Shown here: positions 28,584-38,738 of the stretch, one piece after another
Numbering within the stretch: the first letter of the stretch is position 1
How the letters are laid out: every line of letters begins with the position of its first letter
Assembly (NCBI GenBank): GCA_964508015.1
Contig: CAZDRG010000001.1
Coordinates: 1 to 48,292 of the forward strand
Reading direction: 5' to 3'
Length of the DNA: 48,292 nt
Origin: an uncultured Bdellovibrionales bacterium
GTDB taxonomy: Bacteria > Patescibacteriota > Minisyncoccia > Moranbacterales > UBA1568
Notes under the pieces: model-generated
Databases searched by the model: none
What the model was told of the DNA's origin: nothing
The model's input: the letters and a program-made list of their open reading frames with translations, nothing else
Program-made: the position numbers and the translations under genes

Positions 28584-29681
28584 TCAAGAAGACAAATACT
28601 CTCGTGTCACTTCTTCTTCGATAAGTACCTCTTGCAGGTGTTCCATATCATCCAATACCAATCCAGTGCCACGCACGACGGCAGTCAAAGGGTCTTCCAT
28701 CATTCGCACGCTGATGCCAGTTTGATTCGCTAAAAGTCGATCTAAGCCGCGAATGAGCCCTCCTCCACCAGCTAGAATAATCCCTCTCTGCATGACATCA
28801 GAAAGAAGCTCTGGCGGGGTTTCTTCAATTATCGTTTTCACATTATTCACGATAACTCGAATCGATCGGGATAATGCCTCACGGACATGTTCATCATTCA
28901 TAATGACTTCTTTCGGCAACCCAGACACGAGATCTCGACCCCGAAGTGCGTATGTCAGACGCTCCCGCAGAGGAAAAGCATTCCCGATCGCAATTTTCAC
29001 TTCTTCGGCTGTTTTCTCGCCGATGAGAATATTAAACTCATCACGGCAATAACGAACGATATCCTCATTCATTTCATCACCGGCGATTCGAAGACTCCTT
29101 GAAACGACCACTCCGCCTAATGAAATAACTGCAATTTCCGTAGTCCCACCTCCAATATCAACTACCATATTGCCCCCAGCTTCGGTCACAGGTAAGCGAG
29201 CGCCAATAGCTGCCGCCATTGGTTCGTCAATCAGAAATGCCTGACGCGCGCCCGCATTCAAGGCTGCTTCAATTACAGCGCGCTTTTCCACCTCCGTGAC
29301 ACCTGACGGAATACCTATCAACACACGCGGTCGACGGAGAAACGAAAACTTTCCTCGATTCACTTTATTGATAAAATAGCGAAGCATCTGCTGCGTCACT
29401 TCAAAATCGCTCACCACACCATCAACCAGCGGTCGAGTGGCTACAATATGACTCGGTGTCTTTCCAACCATTTTCTTGGCCTCACGTCCGATTGCGAGGA
29501 TTTGACCAGTTCGTTGATTGACTGCCACAACTGATGGCTCGTTAATCAAAATACCGCGCCCTTTCACATACACCAGCGTATTCGCCGTGCCCAAATCAAT
29601 ACCGATATCCGGTGCCAAATGCCCGAAAAACCGATTGATCAGATCCTTTTGGATTTTTCGCAGAAATAAGGAGAATGTCAT
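28584..29681 (-). CDS. mreB: rod shape-determining protein MreB
   Basis: 365 aa with DLGTANTLVYV, DIGGGTTEIAV and LAGGGGLIRGLD. Confidence 0.9.
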   Translation of the reverse strand: MTFSLFLRKIQKDLINRFFGHLAPDIGIDLGTANTLVYVKGRGILINEPSVVAVNQRTGQILAIGREAKKMVGKTPSHIVATRPLVDGVVSDFEVTQQMLRYFINKVNRGKFSFLRRPRVLIGIPSGVTEVEKRAVIEAALNAGARQAFLIDEPMAAAIGARLPVTEAGGNMVVDIGGGTTEIAVISLGGVVVSRSLRIAGDEMNEDIVRYCRDEFNILIGEKTAEEVKIAIGNAFPLRERLTYALRGRDLVSGLPKEVIMNDEHVREALSRSIRVIVNNVKTIIEETPPELLSDVMQRGIILAGGGGLIRGLDRLLANQTGISVRMMEDPLTAVVRGTGLVLDDMEHLQEVLIEEEVTREYLSS

Positions 29682-29764
29682 AGCATCATAAAACAGGATA
29701 GTCTATTCTACCCTGTTTTCAAGAATTATTCCAATCCGTCTCACACGCATACCCCCAACCAGAC

Positions 29765-31156
29765 CTATTTTTTCAATACAATTCCGAGTTCTCCGAGTTG
29801 CACTGTTGTTATAGTGGAAGGTGCTCGCATCATGAGATCACGACCCTCTCCTGTCTTTGCAAAAGGAATGACCTCACGGATATTCGGCTCATTCTGAAGA
29901 AGCATCATCAAGCGATCGAAGCCGAAAGCAATGCCACCATGCGGCGGTGTCCCGGAAGCGAGAGCTCGAAGCATATGTCCGAAATTGTCCACAATACGCT
30001 CATCTGAATATCCCATAATCTGAAAAACGCTCTTCAGAGCATCCGGATGATGATTACGAATACCTCCTCCACCAATCTCATATCCATTCAATACCATATC
30101 GTACTGAGCCGCCACGATTTTTTCTATATCCCGCTGTTCCGCCAGGTACTGCGCATACTCTGGCTTGGGCGCCGAAAAAGGATTATGCGTGAATGTCCAT
30201 CCGCCCTTATCATCTTTCTCAAAAAACGGGAAATCAATTACCCAGCAAAAAGCAAGCAAATTCGGATTCTCCTTGTCTTTTCTTAGGTCTGGCTTATCGG
30301 AACCATAACGATCCATGGACTCTTGATACGTCAAACGGGGAAACGGCAACTCCTGAATTATCTTTTCTGGATAGACTTTCTGCACAGCGTCCACAATCAT
30401 CGCCTCATTAATGCGCATGGCATCTTCCTGAGAAACAAAGCTCATCTCCACATCAATCTGGGTAAACTCCGGCTGACGATCACCCCGCGTATCTTCATCA
30501 CGAAAACAACGCGCAATCTGAAAATATTTCTCAAAGCCGGCAGTCATCAACAGCTGCTTATACTGTTGGGGAGACTGCGGAAGCGCATAAAACTTCCCTT
30601 TCTCAGTACGGGAAGGTACCACATAATCACGTGAGCCCTCGGGCGTCGACTTCGTCATATAGGGCGTCTCAATTTCCAAGAAGCCTTCATTGGAATAAAA
30701 GTTCCGAACATGCAACATCATTTCATGCCGCTTGCGAATATTCTGCTGCATTCTTTCTCGACGTAAGTCAAGATATCGATACGTCAGACGGGTTTCTTCC
30801 CCGACTTCCTTCCCATCAGTAGCTATATCGAACACTGGCGTTTCAGCTTCATTCAAAACCTCCATGGAGAATGCCTCGATTTCCACGCGTCCATTTGGCT
30901 GTTCATGATTCACTAACTTTTCGGGTCGAGCATTCACCATGCCATGGATTGCCACCACCCATTCACTGCGTACCAATGCCACTGCCGAACATGCCTCGGC
31001 ATGCTGTGGCAACACCACCACCTGTACCGACCCTGAGCGATCGCGCACATCAAGAAAAACCAATTTTCCGTGATCTCGACGCACGCTTACCCAGCCCTGG
31101 AGAAACACCTCTTCCCCTACATGTGAGGGGACATCACGTATCAATATCCGTTGCAT
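29765..31156 (-). CDS. aspS: aspartate--tRNA ligase, bacterial-type core without the GAD insertion
   Basis: 463 aa with FRDEDTRGDRQPEFTQIDVEMSF. GSDKPDLR is followed almost directly by WVIDFPFFE. Confidence 0.9.
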   Translation of the reverse strand: MQRILIRDVPSHVGEEVFLQGWVSVRRDHGKLVFLDVRDRSGSVQVVVLPQHAEACSAVALVRSEWVVAIHGMVNARPEKLVNHEQPNGRVEIEAFSMEVLNEAETPVFDIATDGKEVGEETRLTYRYLDLRRERMQQNIRKRHEMMLHVRNFYSNEGFLEIETPYMTKSTPEGSRDYVVPSRTEKGKFYALPQSPQQYKQLLMTAGFEKYFQIARCFRDEDTRGDRQPEFTQIDVEMSFVSQEDAMRINEAMIVDAVQKVYPEKIIQELPFPRLTYQESMDRYGSDKPDLRKDKENPNLLAFCWVIDFPFFEKDDKGGWTFTHNPFSAPKPEYAQYLAEQRDIEKIVAAQYDMVLNGYEIGGGGIRNHHPDALKSVFQIMGYSDERIVDNFGHMLRALASGTPPHGGIAFGFDRLMMLLQNEPNIREVIPFAKTGEGRDLMMRAPSTITTVQLGELGIVLKK

Positions 31157-31171
31157 ATCATTATATCCTTT

Positions 31172-32011
31172 CTACTGATGATTACGATCACGCTCCCGAA
31201 AAAATTTTGTCACTTCATCCGCCAACTGACTCGGCACAATCTTTGTTTTCAAAAACGCCCGAATCGCCCCAGCAGACAGCATATCATTCATATCATCATC
31301 GTCAACTGAAGCTGAGATAACAAAAATCGGCACCCGTGATGACTCTGGAGCCTGATGAATTCCGGACACCAGGTCTTTCCCATTGATCCCTGGGAGCATA
31401 GCATCAGTGATAATCAAATCGAGATTCTGCTCTTGCTGCGCTCGTTCAAGCCCTTGCGTCCCATTTCGTTCAACAACCACATCATACCCTTCATCTTCCA
31501 ATTTCCGAACAAACATATCCACAAATACTTCTTCATCTTCAATAAAAAGTATGCGTTTTTTCCCCGAGACAGATTGATGCGCGGGCTTACTGATTGCTGT
31601 TTCACCCACGAGGCGACGACTTTCGTTTTTCCCTTGTTCACCAAACTGCCGCAAATACCGATTCACTTCGTCAACCACCTGTGAGGGCGAAAAATCTGTT
31701 TTGGGGATGAAACCATTCGCACCAAGTTGCACAGCTAACTCTCGGTCTTCTGGATTGGAGAGATTGCTAAAAATAACAATCGGGAGACCGGTGGGATACC
31801 GAGGCCCACGAAGTTCTCTTAAGACATCCAAGCCAGACATCTCCGGAATCACCAAGTCAAGCAAAATGATATCGAAACGCTGCTCATCAATTGCCTTGAG
31901 AGCTGACCGACCATTCGTGATATTCAAAACTTCAAATCCTGATGATTCAAATTTCTTCTTGTAAATATCAGCGATAAAAGGGTCGTCTTCTACTAAGAGT
32001 ATCTTTGCCAT
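31172..32011 (-). CDS. tandem receiver (REC-REC) response regulator without output domain
   Basis: Two receiver domains (KILLVEDDP..DIILLDLVIPEMSG; KRILFIEDEE..DLIITDAMLPGING). No DNA-binding domain. Confidence 0.8.
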   Translation of the reverse strand: MAKILLVEDDPFIADIYKKKFESSGFEVLNITNGRSALKAIDEQRFDIILLDLVIPEMSGLDVLRELRGPRYPTGLPIVIFSNLSNPEDRELAVQLGANGFIPKTDFSPSQVVDEVNRYLRQFGEQGKNESRRLVGETAISKPAHQSVSGKKRILFIEDEEVFVDMFVRKLEDEGYDVVVERNGTQGLERAQQEQNLDLIITDAMLPGINGKDLVSGIHQAPESSRVPIFVISASVDDDDMNDMLSAGAIRAFLKTKIVPSQLADEVTKFFRERDRNHQ

Positions 32012-32057
32012 ATCGAAAAAGAAAAAGTATTACTTTCTGTCCGCTACTCCACTTATA

Positions 32058-33740
32058 TTACACGGAATCTCGGGAAATCGGAAGTTCAAGAATAAACTCC
32101 GATCCATGTCCATGACCGGCTGATTCTGCCCAGAGACGACCTCCGTGTTTCTCGATAAAAGTCCGTCCAACGTAGAGTCCGAGACCAGTTCCTCCAACAT
32201 AGAGCTTTTCAGTCTCTTTGCTCCGAGCAAATTTCAAGAAGATATGCTCCAAATCCTCTTTATTAATTCCGATACCCGTATCCTTTATTGACAATCGCAC
32301 CTTCTCATCTCCCAATTGTTCCATCTTGACAATCACAGAACCCTTTTCAGTATATTTGAGAGCATTGTCAATCAGATTAGAAAGAACCTCTCGTATTTTC
32401 CCAGCGTCCAGAGAGAGGAGCGGCAAAGGCATTTCCGGAGTCAACACTTCAAGGTTAATATCTCGCTTCTTTGCGACCACAGCGAACATGCTCATCGCCT
32501 CATCCACGACATCTGCCAATTGTACTAACTGATAATTATACTGCATTCTCCCTGACTCAAGTCGTGAAATTGAAAGGAGATTCTCCACGAGTTCAATAAG
32601 ACGATTATTTGCCGAATAGACCTTATTAATAACATCCTGAATCTGATTATCGATCTTTCCATAACTCCCCTCGAGAATGAGTGAGGTGTAACCCTTAATC
32701 GCAGTCAGTGGTGTCCGCAACTGATGCGATGCAATTGAGATAAATTCCGACTTGGCATTATCCAACCGCTTAAGCTCCTGATTTGCAATCGCAAGCCGAT
32801 CCGACATGGTTTGCAGTTCTTCTTTCCGATCGATTTCCTTCTGGACGGATTTTACTAAAAACCAACCAGCGCCAGTAGTGATAATCATAGTCAGTAATGT
32901 CAGAAATCTATTCACTTCACTCTTAGCAAAGAACAGCATAGATCCAATAAGAACAAATTGGGCGATCGTCAATGCCTGCACACCCAAAAGTTTGATATTG
33001 AAGGCATTAAACTTCACGATGAGATAAGCAAGAAAACCAATAAATATCGGCATCCCAAAAAGACCGTACTGTTCCATTCCCCACTGCAATGTCAGGCTTC
33101 CGAACAAGTTTCCCCAAGAGAATGACAACAAAAAAAGAAATATGCCGAGGAAGAAAATATGCTGACGTTTCGTTTCTTCGATATCAGCGATCCGCCGGTA
33201 TCTCATGAAAAAGTATCCAAATGTCCACGCTAATGAGAATACCTGAACAAAGTAGGCGTATCGAGTAAGCCACCCCTGAGTCGCCTCACAGCTTCGTAAA
33301 TCGAAGCCAAGAAGTAAGTCTTTCGTTGACATCATCGCCACAAGTGGGAGCAAAAGGAGAACCCCAATCAATTCGCTCCAAAAAGGAGGTTCTTTTTTTT
33401 CAAGAAAAACGTAAGAGAAAAAAAGTGTCGAGAGAACGATAGCACTTTGCAAAAAATACAGTTTAGACCAATAAAACATAATGACACTCCCGTTCACACT
33501 CGTCCAGAGAATCAAATCTACTAAATTCCACAATGTAAAAAATACTGAGATTGCGAGAAGTGCTCCTCCGATAAGGGTCCTGCTCTTCCAAAATACGAAA
33601 ATCCCTAGCAACAAAGCTATGATCGATGTGGGTATATGTGAATAATACAAGAGTGACGGCAATTCAATGTGGCAAGATTGAATGTTATCTATCAGGTTGA
33701 AACTCATATATTTTATGTTGTTATTATTTGATCCAACCAA
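32058..33740 (-). CDS. sensor histidine kinase with polytopic N-terminal domain
   Basis: About 7 TM segments, the H-box SHQLRTPLTAIKGY and HATPase N/G boxes (NLIDNALKY, DTGIGI, GGTGLGL). An alternative start at 33707 would avoid overlap with the upstream gene. Confidence 0.85.
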   Translation of the reverse strand: MVGSNNNNIKYMSFNLIDNIQSCHIELPSLLYYSHIPTSIIALLLGIFVFWKSRTLIGGALLAISVFFTLWNLVDLILWTSVNGSVIMFYWSKLYFLQSAIVLSTLFFSYVFLEKKEPPFWSELIGVLLLLPLVAMMSTKDLLLGFDLRSCEATQGWLTRYAYFVQVFSLAWTFGYFFMRYRRIADIEETKRQHIFFLGIFLFLLSFSWGNLFGSLTLQWGMEQYGLFGMPIFIGFLAYLIVKFNAFNIKLLGVQALTIAQFVLIGSMLFFAKSEVNRFLTLLTMIITTGAGWFLVKSVQKEIDRKEELQTMSDRLAIANQELKRLDNAKSEFISIASHQLRTPLTAIKGYTSLILEGSYGKIDNQIQDVINKVYSANNRLIELVENLLSISRLESGRMQYNYQLVQLADVVDEAMSMFAVVAKKRDINLEVLTPEMPLPLLSLDAGKIREVLSNLIDNALKYTEKGSVIVKMEQLGDEKVRLSIKDTGIGINKEDLEHIFLKFARSKETEKLYVGGTGLGLYVGRTFIEKHGGRLWAESAGHGHGSEFILELPISRDSV

Positions 33741-35019
33741 GAAGAGTCAATGTTTCGCGATCTTCATGGATAAATTTGTTCCCAATATCAGTCCTATAAA
33801 ACATCTTAGGGACAATAACTGAATCAACAAGAGAATAGGCATTCAGTCGCGCTTCTTCAACTGTTAATCCTGTCCCAGTAACGAATGCCAATTCGCCCGT
33901 TACCCCAGAGATGCGATACGAACTATTTTCATAACATACCTGTTGAAAACAGAACCGATTTAACTCCTCCTCAGAAAGATTCTTTTTGAAAAAAACATCC
34001 ACTCCTCGCATAAGATGTTCAGGGTCGATACGGGTATATGAAAAAAATGGAAATGGTGGAACGGCCAATGAAACAACAACCCCATACCCTGCCTTGTATT
34101 GTAAGTCGTAAGACTCACCATCGGCAAGTGCCTTCAAAAAATCGCTCCATGGAGAATGGTGCAGAGCAGCTTGCAAATGAATTGTTGGACATCCAAAACG
34201 CATCGTCGCTTCAAGTGGCCACACGCCCTCGTCATTTACAATGCAATTAATATCAGCATATCCCTTGAAACCAAATTCCTTTAAGTACGGCGTCAACTTA
34301 TTCAGTATGTGTTGAGAAAGGCGACTCTGTTCTGCATCCTCGTACCACATAAGTGTCCCCATCTCACCAGTCATTGGACCAATATTTCCGTTGAAAAGTG
34401 GCTTGTGTTCAAAATTAATGCAGGATGGCCCTACCCAATCCAAGCCATTAAAAAAACGACCCACTGCGACCTCAACGCCTTCCAATTTCTTTTGCAATGA
34501 TATGTTTTTGATGCCAAGATGCTTGTAATTTCCGAGCAAGCTCAAAACGTCACTTCCATCTGACATCATGCCGACATAATTGAGTGTGCTCTGATGATCA
34601 TCTTGTTTGACCACCCATAAGCCACCATTCTGTTTCACAAAATGTATCGCTTCATCGGCGTTTCCAAAACTCAACAGGGGCACGGTGCTCATTCCAGACT
34701 TTTCGAAAACCGACTGTCCGAATGCGCGATCTAACTCAAGGCGATCCGCCTGAGCACTTCCTCCAATAACACTAAATCCGTCACGACGAAGACTGTCTTG
34801 AATCTCACCATAGCCAACATCATCAAAGACAATAAGTCCGTTTTTACCCACCCATTCGAGATCTTGTTTCCAATCTTTCGTTTTATCAATCATTCCATCC
34901 AAACACCCCTCCTGAAGTTCGCTGTCGATAAAAACTTTCACTTCACATCCTTCGCGTTTTAAGCGAACAACAAGATCTGCTCCAATCAGACTTTGAGACA
35001 AAACAGCAAGTACTTTCAT
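33724..35019 (-). CDS. ATP-grasp protein (PurD-like fold)
   Basis: 431 aa from MKVLAVL, with an overall PurD-like N/A/C layout. No other purine genes are nearby, so the function is open. Confidence 0.5.
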   Translation of the reverse strand: MKVLAVLSQSLIGADLVVRLKREGCEVKVFIDSELQEGCLDGMIDKTKDWKQDLEWVGKNGLIVFDDVGYGEIQDSLRRDGFSVIGGSAQADRLELDRAFGQSVFEKSGMSTVPLLSFGNADEAIHFVKQNGGLWVVKQDDHQSTLNYVGMMSDGSDVLSLLGNYKHLGIKNISLQKKLEGVEVAVGRFFNGLDWVGPSCINFEHKPLFNGNIGPMTGEMGTLMWYEDAEQSRLSQHILNKLTPYLKEFGFKGYADINCIVNDEGVWPLEATMRFGCPTIHLQAALHHSPWSDFLKALADGESYDLQYKAGYGVVVSLAVPPFPFFSYTRIDPEHLMRGVDVFFKKNLSEEELNRFCFQQVCYENSSYRISGVTGELAFVTGTGLTVEEARLNAYSLVDSVIVPKMFYRTDIGNKFIHEDRETLTLLGWIK

Positions 35020-35124
35020 GACATACAACTTTATAAGTAACAACTTTAATACTACTCACTGTATTCTTCGAAAAAAATACACTCTACGCAATACGTCTCC
35101 TCCTCAAATATCATACCAAAAAAC

Positions 35125-36066
35125 CTATGCGACAAATACGATGGCCCCGACAAGACAAGCCGTCGCAAAAATTTTCACGCCCGATCCGGATACCTGTTTT
35201 AGGAGCACTTGTTCAACAATACGATTCTGACGATGCAGAATCCGATACAACCAAATCATGGCAATACTAATCATCATAATAAAAATCGGAACAAGCGCCT
35301 CAATAACTACCACCAATGTAGCTGATGACGCTAGGCTTAAAGCTCGCTGCGAAGTAACCGTTCCGATGAAGTAGAGCCCTTCAGAGAGGATAAACCAATG
35401 AAAATTCTTCTTCACCAAAGAAATAATTCCTCGAAAACGAGAAATAAAACCGAATCGATATCTGAGTGCCAAGATGAAAAGCGAACCGATGGAAGCACTC
35501 AAGCAAAAAATGAGCAACACATCAAAAAAGCCGGCTCCCGAATATGCTTCTTTTGAAAAAATCATACTCAATGAGAAAAGCACCGTTGCGCCCATCATCG
35601 GAAGCGAGAAATTCTTTATTTTGACTTGGCGTATTACTTTTTGATAGAAGGCAAGCGCAAGCACGCCAAGGAATGAGATAGTTACTCCGGCATAGTGTCG
35701 AAACTCCAAAACCTCACCAAACAAAATCCAGGCCAAAAAAGGCACAATGGGCACGGTAAAATTCCAGAAAGCCATAGCAAGCGAAGAATCATTATCATTA
35801 AACAGGGCGGTAAAATAGTAGTAGAATGACCCGATAAAAGCCAATCCAGAGCTTATAGCGAAAAAAAAGACCCCCGGTGACGGAGGCGTAAACGGTATAA
35901 TACCAAAGACAACAAGGAACACGGGTAATGACTGAAACACTCCAGACACGACAATCGCATCGTATTTATCACGATACCAATTCACGACAAAGTAACTATC
36001 CAGAACGGCCGTCAGCGCCCATAAAAAAGGTGCTACAAGAGCAATTATCAACCAAGAGTAGTCCAT
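35125..36066 (-). CDS. EamA/DMT-family transporter
   Basis: 313 aa with about 10 TM helices in two halves. Confidence 0.7.
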   Translation of the reverse strand: MDYSWLIIALVAPFLWALTAVLDSYFVVNWYRDKYDAIVVSGVFQSLPVFLVVFGIIPFTPPSPGVFFFAISSGLAFIGSFYYYFTALFNDNDSSLAMAFWNFTVPIVPFLAWILFGEVLEFRHYAGVTISFLGVLALAFYQKVIRQVKIKNFSLPMMGATVLFSLSMIFSKEAYSGAGFFDVLLIFCLSASIGSLFILALRYRFGFISRFRGIISLVKKNFHWFILSEGLYFIGTVTSQRALSLASSATLVVVIEALVPIFIMMISIAMIWLYRILHRQNRIVEQVLLKQVSGSGVKIFATACLVGAIVFVA

Positions 36067-36107
36067 AGTATTCTATTCCGCAAACATTAAAAAATCTTTA
36101 TTCTAAT

Positions 36108-36136
36108 ATTATACACCATATAAAATATATTGTCAA
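36108..36136 (-). promoter_or_regulatory. sigma70-type promoter TTGACA-N17-TATAAT for the EamA gene
   Basis: - strand reads ttgaca atatattttatatggtg tataat. This shows that host core genes also use consensus promoters. Confidence 0.55.
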
Positions 36137-36229
36137 TATTCCAAAAAGGAGCCCTGTGGATTATTTGCAGTATCTCATGAAGATACTTCCTGAATTCTTC
36201 AGGATTTTCTTGTAAATATGCTCTTACTG

Positions 36230-36721
36230 CTACTCCCCTTGAGCGTTACCGCCATCCATCATTTCAGTTTCTAATTCAGTCTGTACCAGAGAGTCTTTTT
36301 CTTCCGTGGTTTTCTTGGTCGTTTCTTCTGTAATAGAATGCATTCTCAAATATATGTCTGGGTCAGAACAAACAGCATCTTCCACTGATGAGTCACAAAG
36401 CGTCACAAAGCAATCTTCTTCCATACTTTGACAAGACGAGGCTAGACAACCGGCTGCTTCTGGATCACAGATCGGGATATTCTTGGCATTCCGATGGAGG
36501 ATTTTGAAATACGTAATATCTTCTTGTAAGTTACCCGCGCATTCCTCACCATTATCAGGATCACATACGGAAATAAAACACGCTTCCATCGTTTGGTCAC
36601 AATTGATCTGTGCTTCAATGATGTAATCCCGAATCACGATGTACTTATAATAAGTCGCTAGTACTGAACCGGCCAAAACGATGAAAAAAACCAGGAAGAG
36701 TATTCTCGATTTCTTATCCAT
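36230..36721 (-). CDS. secreted/anchored Cys-rich hypothetical protein
   Basis: N-terminal TM helix, about 16 Cys in two similar CD..C...C blocks and an acidic tail. Confidence 0.5.
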   Translation of the reverse strand: MDKKSRILFLVFFIVLAGSVLATYYKYIVIRDYIIEAQINCDQTMEACFISVCDPDNGEECAGNLQEDITYFKILHRNAKNIPICDPEAAGCLASSCQSMEEDCFVTLCDSSVEDAVCSDPDIYLRMHSITEETTKKTTEEKDSLVQTELETEMMDGGNAQGE

Positions 36722-36954
36722 ACTTATTCAGGAATCAATATTAATACGGTATCTGTTTCATTCTACCATATATAACTCGGTTCAGTATTCTTTATCTTTG
36801 AGTATGTGCTATTTAATCCGCCAAAAGAAATATCATTTAGACATAGTTTCGATGCCCCCCTAAGTTTCTGGTACGGACAAACCAGAACTTCTTTCTGGTA
36901 TCCTATCGATGTTGTTAAGCAAGCGACTGCCGCTCAACCAATCGTAGCTTCGTC

Positions 36955-37347
36955 TTATCCTAAAAATTCACGCTCTCCGTTAAAGCGTGCTTCCCAGGAA
37001 ATATAATTCAACAAGAAGAAAACAAAAATTGAAACAACAAAAATACCCGATTGATGATCAGTCGTCAACGACAAATTTTGAAAAATATGATACAAGAGGA
37101 AAAACCCGATAAGTGGCAATAACGCGTCTGTCACCCTATTGAGAAATGTCTCATGAATTCCCATCCACAATTCAAAACACTCCCAAATAAAGGCCATCAG
37201 AATAATACTCCCAAAAAAATACCAAAAATGAACAGGGAAAACACCAATAAAACTTGCTGCCATCACACCGAAAAAAAAGTGTGGCACTGACCATACATCA
37301 AATATTTTCTTGCGACCATAAAACTGTGAGTACCAATTCTTTTTCAT
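36955..37347 (-). CDS. hypothetical small membrane protein
   Basis: 130 aa with 4 predicted TM helices. Confidence 0.5.
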   Translation of the reverse strand: MKKNWYSQFYGRKKIFDVWSVPHFFFGVMAASFIGVFPVHFWYFFGSIILMAFIWECFELWMGIHETFLNRVTDALLPLIGFFLLYHIFQNLSLTTDHQSGIFVVSIFVFFLLNYISWEARFNGEREFLG

Positions 37348-37442
37348 GTGTTCACTCTACCATTCTGAAAACAACAAAGCAAAGGAAGCGCCTCTCTTTT
37401 CCGTTTCTGAACGGTATGTAGTCAAAATTGAATGTCTATCCA

Positions 37443-38732
37443 CTATTCGTAGAATAATTTATTCTCTTTATTGTAACGTGCGATAGCTTGATTGCTCTTC
37501 TCAACTAAGGAGTTATACCCTGAAATGTGCCGTCCAAAGTCTACGACTAATCGATTGTAAGATTTGACTAAATCATTATATTCTTTATATCGTTTTTCCC
37601 GTTTTAGCTGATTCAGTTGAGCATTATATTGACTCAGTCGTTTTTCTTCATTTGCAATCACTTCACTTTGTTCTGCTAATTCACGTTTATACGCATAGAT
37701 AGTTTTTCTTAGTCGGTCGATCTCATCACGAGTTCTCACTGTATCAATGATTCCCGTGTATTCTTTTCCGACAACTGCATTTAAAATCTCTACTCGACCC
37801 AATGCCTGATACTGATGCTCTGACTGGTCATGGAGAACATCCCCGATTTCAATCTGAGCAGTCGCCACTCGGCTTGCCGAAAACAATGACGGCACGATGC
37901 CGATTTTATTGCCTGTACTGGTTGTTTCAAGAAAACAATACCGAGAACCGTAATTGGCATACTCTCCTGGGCACTGCACTCCAACCGCCATATGATTATC
38001 GCGAGGATCCGGAAACAAGAAAATAGAAACACCTATTCCGAGTTCCTGTAAAAGACGATACGCAAGATAGCTTTTATCCTGGCACACTCCCGTCTCTGTA
38101 TACAGCACTTCATAAGGATATGACGTCTTTTCGCCTTCCCCATTCAAACCAGCTTCTCGACGATTCGTTTTCTCCTGATCATACGGGAGACTTTGAACAA
38201 AAGAAGCGACAAGTTCTACTATTTGATTCTCACTCAATTTGTTCTGTTCTCCGAGTTGACGAATTCTATGCGCAACATCAGCAAAAATCGTGTCGCCAGG
38301 AACCGAAGACAGGAAAAGATTATTCAATTTCGTCCACCATACAAGGTTACCTTGTCCCTCATCTCCCGCTAGTGGCACACCCGTTGGAAGAGACGTATAA
38401 AACTCATAATATGATTCATACAGTACTGTCTCGAGAACGTAGGTCTTCCCTTGATACTTCCAAGTGAAATCCTTTCGATATGGAATATCGGGTGCTGGAA
38501 ATTTGAGAACTTTCGCCTCTCCTATCTGGAGCAAGCCTCCTACACTTGATGGCTTCTGAAGAACGATCTGCGATATCACCTCAGCCATTCTCGTGCCGAC
38601 AAACATGAGGCAGCCAAAAGCAGTGAGGAGTAACAATATCTTGATACTACTCATACCTCTCATACATTCCAATCGGGTTCTCCGAAAAAACATACCCATT
38701 CTTTCTACTAGACCACCCACTGATTTAAACAA
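37443..38732 (-). CDS. transglutaminase-like protein with C-terminal coiled coil
   Basis: TM anchor, then a Cys..His core (TGVCQDKSYLAYRLL ... DNHMAVGVQC). The C-terminus is a long charged coiled coil. Confidence 0.55.
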   Translation of the reverse strand: MFKSVGGLVERMGMFFRRTRLECMRGMSSIKILLLLTAFGCLMFVGTRMAEVISQIVLQKPSSVGGLLQIGEAKVLKFPAPDIPYRKDFTWKYQGKTYVLETVLYESYYEFYTSLPTGVPLAGDEGQGNLVWWTKLNNLFLSSVPGDTIFADVAHRIRQLGEQNKLSENQIVELVASFVQSLPYDQEKTNRREAGLNGEGEKTSYPYEVLYTETGVCQDKSYLAYRLLQELGIGVSIFLFPDPRDNHMAVGVQCPGEYANYGSRYCFLETTSTGNKIGIVPSLFSASRVATAQIEIGDVLHDQSEHQYQALGRVEILNAVVGKEYTGIIDTVRTRDEIDRLRKTIYAYKRELAEQSEVIANEEKRLSQYNAQLNQLKREKRYKEYNDLVKSYNRLVVDFGRHISGYNSLVEKSNQAIARYNKENKLFYE

Positions 38733-38738
38733 GAGTGA

